Positions 58,243-64,000 of a stretch of 64,000 nucleotides of DNA are shown here, in pieces (the stretch's first letter is position 1; the number at the start of each line of letters is the position of its first letter). The DNA is from an uncultured bacterium (GTDB lineage Bacteria; Abyssobacteria; SURF-5). A model generated the notes under the pieces. That model was not told the origin of the DNA. It saw nothing but the letters and a program-made list of their open reading frames with translations, and searched no databases. The stretch covers positions 1 through 64,000 of the forward strand of contig CAZSKP010000023.1 in assembly GCA_964607485.1 (NCBI GenBank), given 5' to 3'. The position numbers were made by a program, and so were the translations under genes.

Positions 58243-60633
58243 ATGTACCTGGAATATTACAACCTGAAAGAAAAGCCGTTCAGCCTCACGCCCGACCCGG
58301 CTTTTCTCTACTACAGCGACGCGCACAGGCGCGCCGTGGCCTTTCTGAAATACGGGCTCGAGGAGTCCAAGGGATTCCTCCAGCTCACCGGGCCCGTCGG
58401 CTCAGGCAAGACCACTCTGCTCCGGGCCATCCTCGCACAACTGGATGAGAGAACAAGGACGGCGTACATTATCAATCCGTCCGCGCCGTTTCCCGACCTG
58501 CTGCGTTCCATCATGAAAGACCTCGAAATCCCTAATATCCCCCCGACGCGGCTGAAGATGGAACTGCTCGACTTCTTTCATGACTACCTGCTCGTTCAGA
58601 TGAGGCGGTCCAATCCCGTCATCGTCATATTCGACGAAGCCCAGAACCTGAGCCTCAAGAACCTCGAAGAAATTCGGATGCTCTCAAACTTCGAGACCTC
58701 GACGGAGAAGCTCATCCAGATTGTCTTCGTCGGCCAACCCGAACTGATCCCGACGCTCGACCGCCCGGAACTGAGGCAGCTCAAACAGAGAATCCAGGTG
58801 CGTTACCACCTCTCGTCGCTGACGCTGCCCGAAGTGGGAGCATATATCGACCATCGCCTCCGCGTCGCCGGTTCAAACGGCGAGATCGTGTTCACGCAGG
58901 ACGCGTACGAGGCCATACACGATTTTTCGAAAGGCATTCCACGCCTCATAAACTCCGTCTGCGACATCGTGCTCCTGATCGGCTACGTCAACGAGCGGAA
59001 ACGATTCGACCGCACCTCGGTTGAAGAGGCGATACGGGAGATGAACGGTTCCTTCGATGATGAGCCGGCGCAGCCGGAAGAGAAATCATCCTCAAGCGCG
59101 GCCCCGGGTTCAGACACCAAGACGCAGCCCTCCGAACACATCGAGGCCAAGCCGCTTGATGTTTCCTCTCCGCCGGTGGACACCGGCACGCAAACTCGGC
59201 CTCACGCTCCAACCGGCCCGAGTTCCGAAACGGTTGTTAAACACAAGGGCGTCGAACCGAATCCTCAGATTCGGCCGGCGGGGAGTACCACGAGCGTCAC
59301 CGAAGTCGAACCGAAACCCTCCCCCGACGCCGTCGATTCCATCGAGGCCCGAGAGGAGAGCGGGGACATCCGGCAGGCAGCCGGTGCATTCGAAGCGACG
59401 CCCGACCAGCCGCCTTGCTCACCTCCCGACGGCGATTCGGTTGACGCGTCACAAGGACAGATGTCGGGTTTTCTTCATTCCCTGCTGAGGCACAGCGCGA
59501 CAAGAAGATTTCGCGTGACAACTTCTCCCGCCGCCAGACGCTGGGAGCCCGAGAGAACCGTTCGAGAAAGGCTGAGCGAAATTATCCGGAAATGGGCGCC
59601 GGGCAGAAACGGGACCTTCGTCTATGCGGCAGAGCGCAAAGCGCAACGTTTCTCCGGGAACCCATCCGAGACAGGCATCACTCGAGATTCTCAACCGACG
59701 GGTTCCAACAGCGATGGGGGCGCCAACCAACTCGCCTCCCAAACCGGTCCGGCGTGGGCCAAAGACGTGAAGAAAACACGCAGCCGTCGGTCGAAATCTA
59801 AGGCGAAAAGGAAGCGCCTGCGTCGGCGTACCCCCAACGGCCGCAGAATCTCCCGACGGGGCGGCCAACCGGTAGGACCTTCCGTTGAACGGAACGTCGT
59901 GGTGCTGTTCGAAGACGGAAGAGTCGCCCGAGGCGCGACAAGAAACATCAACTTGAAAACACCCGGCTTCCACTTTTCTCCCGCCGACGGCCGAGGCAGC
60001 GGCAAAGAGGAGTTCGTGCCCTTCGAGCGAGTCATCACCGTCCGGATGGCGGACAGTTTCGAGAACGATTGGGGCGGCACCAAGGACGTTGCGGACAACC
60101 AGCCGAAGGGCCAGCAGATAATCGTGACGTTGGCGAACGGCGAGATAATCGACGGCATCACTCTGAGCAAATTCGACCCCGACTGTCAGAGATTCTTCGT
60201 TGTCTGCACCGACGATGACGGGGAAGTATGCTGGACCCTTGTGGAGAGAACCGGCGTGGCGGGCATCCTCACGGAGAACTTCAAAGAGGGGATATACGCG
60301 GAAGAATTCGAGACCTTCGCCCGTGTGACCGAAATCGCGGAAACCAGCCCCGAGCCCGTCTGTCAACACGAGTCGGCGGGCGACTTCTACTTCTCGCTCA
60401 ACGACTATGACTCAGCCCTGTCGGAATATCAAAAGGCGCTGACAAGCGCGAGCGACGAAAAGCGGCTGGCCGCCAAGATCTCCGTCGTCCATTTCAACCG
60501 AGGCGTCAAGTATCTGAGAGGAAACCGGTTCCATGAGGCTAAGAAGGAATTTGAGAAAGTGATCGCCAGCCGCCATCATCGAGACAAGGCGCGGGCGAGA
60601 ATCGAAAAGATAGAAAGGCTGCTCAAGTCATGA
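58243..60633 (+). CDS. ExeA-like AAA ATPase with long C-terminal extension
   Basis: MYLEYYNLKEKPFSLTPDP, GPVGSGKTT, DEAQNL, GQPEL, GIPRLIN. Confidence 0.88.
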   Translation: MYLEYYNLKEKPFSLTPDPAFLYYSDAHRRAVAFLKYGLEESKGFLQLTGPVGSGKTTLLRAILAQLDERTRTAYIINPSAPFPDLLRSIMKDLEIPNIPPTRLKMELLDFFHDYLLVQMRRSNPVIVIFDEAQNLSLKNLEEIRMLSNFETSTEKLIQIVFVGQPELIPTLDRPELRQLKQRIQVRYHLSSLTLPEVGAYIDHRLRVAGSNGEIVFTQDAYEAIHDFSKGIPRLINSVCDIVLLIGYVNERKRFDRTSVEEAIREMNGSFDDEPAQPEEKSSSSAAPGSDTKTQPSEHIEAKPLDVSSPPVDTGTQTRPHAPTGPSSETVVKHKGVEPNPQIRPAGSTTSVTEVEPKPSPDAVDSIEAREESGDIRQAAGAFEATPDQPPCSPPDGDSVDASQGQMSGFLHSLLRHSATRRFRVTTSPAARRWEPERTVRERLSEIIRKWAPGRNGTFVYAAERKAQRFSGNPSETGITRDSQPTGSNSDGGANQLASQTGPAWAKDVKKTRSRRSKSKAKRKRLRRRTPNGRRISRRGGQPVGPSVERNVVVLFEDGRVARGATRNINLKTPGFHFSPADGRGSGKEEFVPFERVITVRMADSFENDWGGTKDVADNQPKGQQIIVTLANGEIIDGITLSKFDPDCQRFFVVCTDDDGEVCWTLVERTGVAGILTENFKEGIYAEEFETFARVTEIAETSPEPVCQHESAGDFYFSLNDYDSALSEYQKALTSASDEKRLAAKISVVHFNRGVKYLRGNRFHEAKKEFEKVIASRHHRDKARARIEKIERLLKS

Positions 60634-60748
60634 ACGGGAACGCTTCTTGGGGAGAGTCACCGCACTGCCGGGGCGCGCATGTGCGTATCGACCCGGGATG
60701 GAATGCGTTCGGGCAACATCTTCCCCAAAGCCGAAAGAAAGGTGTCAT

Positions 60749-61543
60749 ATGTCGAAGATTGAACGCGCGTTGAGAAAAGCAGAAGAAGAAAAGCGCAAGA
60801 AGGCTGCGACTGCGCCTTCTCTCGAAGAGCCTCCGAAGGACGTGATCGCCACAGAATTCGGCATCACCGAGTCCCACCAGGCGAAGCCCGAGCGGGCGTG
60901 TCTCCCGGAGTACTTCCGGAAGATCTCGGCCAAGCTGAAGGCGTGCTGTGACGTCATCGGAGCCACAGACGTCGTGTTCGCCAGTGCCGGCAGCGGGGAA
61001 GGCAAAACCACGAACGCGGTAAACTGCGCGATTTCGCTCTGCCAGGATTTCAACCTCTCCGTATGCCTGGTCGACTGCGATCTGCGCAATCCGACAATTT
61101 CGGACTACTTCAAGTCGAACGGGAGCTTGACGATCATCGAGCACCTCAAGGGAGAGGCGGAGATCGATTCGGTGATCGGGCCCACACCCATCAGAGGCCT
61201 GTCGGTTGTCAACTCCAAGAGGGTGGGCAGGATGTCGCTGCCCTTACTGAACACCGAGCGCCTCAGAAAATTCGTTCGAGAGCTTCGGTCACGGTTCGAT
61301 TTTGTGATATTCGATTCCCCGCCCATTCTTCCCGTGGCCGACGCCGCTGTGCTGTTGAAACATGTCTCCGCGACGGTGCTCGTCATCGAATCGGGAAGGA
61401 CGCGCAGGAAGCAGATTGAGCAGATCTTCGAGCAGGTTGACCGCGACAAGATAGTCGGATTCATCATGAACTACAAGAGGTACAGAATGCCCGAAACATA
61501 CAACTACGCGCGGGATTACGATTACGGTTTGGAAAAAAAATAG
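60749..61543 (+). CDS. CpsD/CapB-family tyrosine kinase
   Basis: GEGKT, LVDCDLRNP, FDSPP, C-terminal Tyr cluster. Confidence 0.9.
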   Translation: MSKIERALRKAEEEKRKKAATAPSLEEPPKDVIATEFGITESHQAKPERACLPEYFRKISAKLKACCDVIGATDVVFASAGSGEGKTTNAVNCAISLCQDFNLSVCLVDCDLRNPTISDYFKSNGSLTIIEHLKGEAEIDSVIGPTPIRGLSVVNSKRVGRMSLPLLNTERLRKFVRELRSRFDFVIFDSPPILPVADAAVLLKHVSATVLVIESGRTRRKQIEQIFEQVDRDKIVGFIMNYKRYRMPETYNYARDYDYGLEKK

Positions 61544-61597
61544 GGCGAGTGGACACTGTTTCTGGGAAGGGTGGAAACTCAGAAAAGGAAAGAGAAT

Positions 61598-61801
61598 ATG
61601 GAGGCCAACAACAACGAAATCTTGACCGGCCAGGAAGCCATGGGCTTACTCAAGATCAGCCGGTCCACCCTCTGGAAATTGACCAAGGAGAACGAGATTC
61701 CTGCGTACCGGGTCGGAAATGGGAAGACCTCTAACCTCCGGTACAAACGATCCGAGCTGTTGGAATGGCTGGAAAACAATCGGGTCGGCAGACAGGAGTA
61801 A
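61598..61801 (+). CDS. Small excisionase-type HTH protein
   Basis: ILTGQEAMGLLKISRSTLWKL...IPAYRVG...LRYKRSELLEWL. Confidence 0.85.
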   Translation: MEANNNEILTGQEAMGLLKISRSTLWKLTKENEIPAYRVGNGKTSNLRYKRSELLEWLENNRVGRQE

Positions 61802-61809
61802 GAGTAGCG

Positions 61810-62997
61810 GTGTCGGAATTGTTGCAAACAAGCGCACCACGCGCGACCCATTCCTCACTTCGGGTGGCCGTCGCCGAGGATTTCTCCTCAGTGGCCGAAC
61901 CATGGTCTGAGCTGCTTGGCCGGAGCAACTCGGACATGGTCTGCCTGACGCCGGAGTGGATGCATTCATGGTGGGAAGCCTTCGGCAACGGCGACACCCC
62001 CTTTGTCCTGACTGTCTGGCGCGGCAGCCGGCTTGTCGCACTCGCCCCGCTCATGCTCGCGAGCGCGGGCATCCCCGGCGTGCCGATGAGACGGTTGCAG
62101 TTCATGGCAAACGGACATTCGCCCCGGGCCGACATCGTCACAGACGCTTCATTCACGCGGCCGGCGCTGCGCGCCATTTTTGAGTACCTGAGCTCGCGCC
62201 GCGAGGTGTGGGATTTCATCGAACTGAGACGCATCCCGCGCGAGACCGGCACGGTCGAGGCGCTGGAAGAAATACTGGCCGACATGCCCCTCAGGCACGA
62301 AGTTCAGGCAGGCGTCGGGTCGCCCTACATCTCGATAGAAACGGACTGGGACACCTTCTACGCCGGCCGCTCCTCAAAATTCCGAAAGGTCATGCGCAAC
62401 AAACTGAATCGGGTGAAACGCCTGGGGAAAACCGCGGTCGAACAGGTGCAGGAGGAACAGTCGCTGAGAAGCTCGCTCCCGACGGTGTTCGAGCTGAGCA
62501 ACAAGAGCTGGAAGGGCATGCACGACTCAGGCATCGGCAGCACGGAGGCCAGCCGGGCCTTCTATCTGTCCCTTGCGGACCACGCGGGGCCGAGGCGCTG
62601 GCTGCGCGTCTGGCTCCTGCGCATCGCCGGAAATCCCGTCGCGTTCGAATGCGACCTCGTGTATGGGAACAAGGCCTACGCATTGAGCTCCGACTTCGAC
62701 GAGGCATACCGCGAATCCACGCCGGGAAGCGCGCTTGAACGACACATCATCGAAGAATATTTTCGCGCGGGCCTCGAGGAATACGATATGTGCGGCGCGG
62801 ACTATCCGTACAAGCTCAGATGGACTTCAACCGTGAGAGAACACGTTGACATATACATCTATCATTCCGGGGCTGCGTCTCAACTCTGGCGCTTCTGGCA
62901 ACATGCCATGCTGCCCCGCCTTCGTTCTTCGAAGACATTGAAATTGTTCAAAGACCGCTGGCGCCTCCGGAGGCGCGGCAGACAGCGTGAGGAGTAA
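61810..62997 (+). CDS. GNAT acyltransferase, CelD/BcsL-like
   Basis: TPEWMHSWW, LVALAPL, TPGSAL, YDMCGADYPYKLRW; start uncertain. Confidence 0.8.
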   Translation: MSELLQTSAPRATHSSLRVAVAEDFSSVAEPWSELLGRSNSDMVCLTPEWMHSWWEAFGNGDTPFVLTVWRGSRLVALAPLMLASAGIPGVPMRRLQFMANGHSPRADIVTDASFTRPALRAIFEYLSSRREVWDFIELRRIPRETGTVEALEEILADMPLRHEVQAGVGSPYISIETDWDTFYAGRSSKFRKVMRNKLNRVKRLGKTAVEQVQEEQSLRSSLPTVFELSNKSWKGMHDSGIGSTEASRAFYLSLADHAGPRRWLRVWLLRIAGNPVAFECDLVYGNKAYALSSDFDEAYRESTPGSALERHIIEEYFRAGLEEYDMCGADYPYKLRWTSTVREHVDIYIYHSGAASQLWRFWQHAMLPRLRSSKTLKLFKDRWRLRRRGRQREE

Positions 62998-63001
62998 ACG
63001 C

Positions 63002-64000
63002 ATGAGAAATGGTTCACTGCTGCCGGTCGTCACATCGCTGAAGCGCGACCTGCGCAACTATTCGAGACGGGAGATCGGCTACCGGTTCATACGTCCGGGA
63101 AACCTGCTGCTGTTCATCACCTATCGCTGCACGTCAAGGTGCAAGACCTGCACCATGTGGCAACGTCCCCCGTCGGACGGAGAGCTCTCGCTGGATGAGT
63201 GGCGGAGGGTGATAGATGAAACGGCCCGCTATGGCATCGTCAACGTCGAGTTATTCGGCGGCGACGCCCTGCTTCGCAAGGATGTGACCGTTCCCCTCAC
63301 CGAATACATTCGCCAGAAGGGGATTCAGCCGGACCTGAGCACGAACTGCAACCTGCTCGACGCCGAGACGGTGCGGGCGCTCGACCGCAACGGTTTGGCC
63401 ACCTACTATATCTCACTCGATGCGCTCGGCGAGAAGGACGACGAAATCCGGGGAGTCCCCGGCACGTTCGAGCGGGTGGTGCGCGCAATCACGCACATAC
63501 GCGCCACGAGAGGAAATCGGTCAGAGCCGCAGATAGCGCTCGTGTGCACCGTCTCAAAGCTGAACCTGGGGCACTTCGAGGCGATTCTTCCCTTTGCAGA
63601 GGAGATCGGCGCGGACGAACTGCAGCTGGAGTACATTGGGGAAATTCCCGCGGAGAGCATGCAGGAGTCTCTGCTGGGCGACAGCAGACCGAACCCATAT
63701 TTCAGCCAGCAGGAGCAATCGCTCCTATTGAACCGGGAACAGGCGGAATTTTTGAAAAGCAAGATCGAAGAGATGAAGGCGCGCGCGTTCGGGTCTTCCG
63801 TAATACTGAGGACGATAGACATCGACGTGCTCGACGTCGAGGATCTGGTGCGCGGTGTGTTTCCCGCGCGACGGTGCTACGTCTGCCGGCACTGGGTAAC
63901 GATCGACCCTCACGGCAACCTGCTCGCTTGTCCGTTCTTCGAGAGCTACCATCTCGGCAACGTGCGCGAGCGACCGTTCGACTCCGTCTGGCGCAACGAC
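63002..64000 (+). CDS. Radical SAM protein with SPASM/Twitch-type C-terminus, 3'-truncated (not in ORF track)
   Basis: ATG 63002; ITYRCTSRCKTC (CxxxCxxC), FGGDALLR, late C...IDPHGNLLAC...LGNV. Confidence 0.9.
   Translation, partial: MRNGSLLPVVTSLKRDLRNYSRREIGYRFIRPGNLLLFITYRCTSRCKTCTMWQRPPSDGELSLDEWRRVIDETARYGIVNVELFGGDALLRKDVTVPLTEYIRQKGIQPDLSTNCNLLDAETVRALDRNGLATYYISLDALGEKDDEIRGVPGTFERVVRAITHIRATRGNRSEPQIALVCTVSKLNLGHFEAILPFAEEIGADELQLEYIGEIPAESMQESLLGDSRPNPYFSQQEQSLLLNREQAEFLKSKIEEMKARAFGSSVILRTIDIDVLDVEDLVRGVFPARRCYVCRHWVTIDPHGNLLACPFFESYHLGNVRERPFDSVWRND

Noticed and set aside
61598-61801. Prophage or ICE excisionase
   Set aside because: No integrase, att site or phage genes; it sits within an EPS operon.

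Overview
A gene-dense, roughly 60% GC window from a diderm bacterium (waaA, secretin, Wza) with anaerobe-type genes; the taxon cannot be fixed from sequence alone. It has four blocks. (1) 1-16.7 kb, metabolic and envelope genes: aminotransferase, PilZ, ferredoxin-AOR-MoaD, larE, a GAF kinase with an NtrC-like regulator, lepB, glmS, epimerase, a TMTC-like glycosyltransferase and waaA. (2) 16.8-38.9 kb, a minus-strand type IV filament locus: GspG/H/I/J/K-like pilins that are very large and carry extra domains, an Ig-repeat surface protein, PilM-N/PilO/PilP and a TPR-secretin. It has a sigma-54 promoter and an adjacent GAF sigma-54 activator. (3) 38.9-49.2 kb, mixed genes: esterase, TPR lipoprotein, dehydratase, thiolase, ClC, PTS IIA and TerB. 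(4) 49.3-64 kb, a PEP-CTERM/exopolysaccharide locus with divergent sigma-54 promoters. The most striking unexplained structure is in the pilin operon. Every intergenic gap from gspG to the Ig-protein gene is occupied by short-period inverted-repeat elements, often nested. One 30-bp pair encloses a low-GC GxxExxY (PD-(D/E)XK-like) gene and related pairs have no gene, which suggests a nuclease-linked mobile hairpin-cassette system. The giant pilins also carry a recurring unnamed ~70-95 aa module and inserts resembling phage structural domains.
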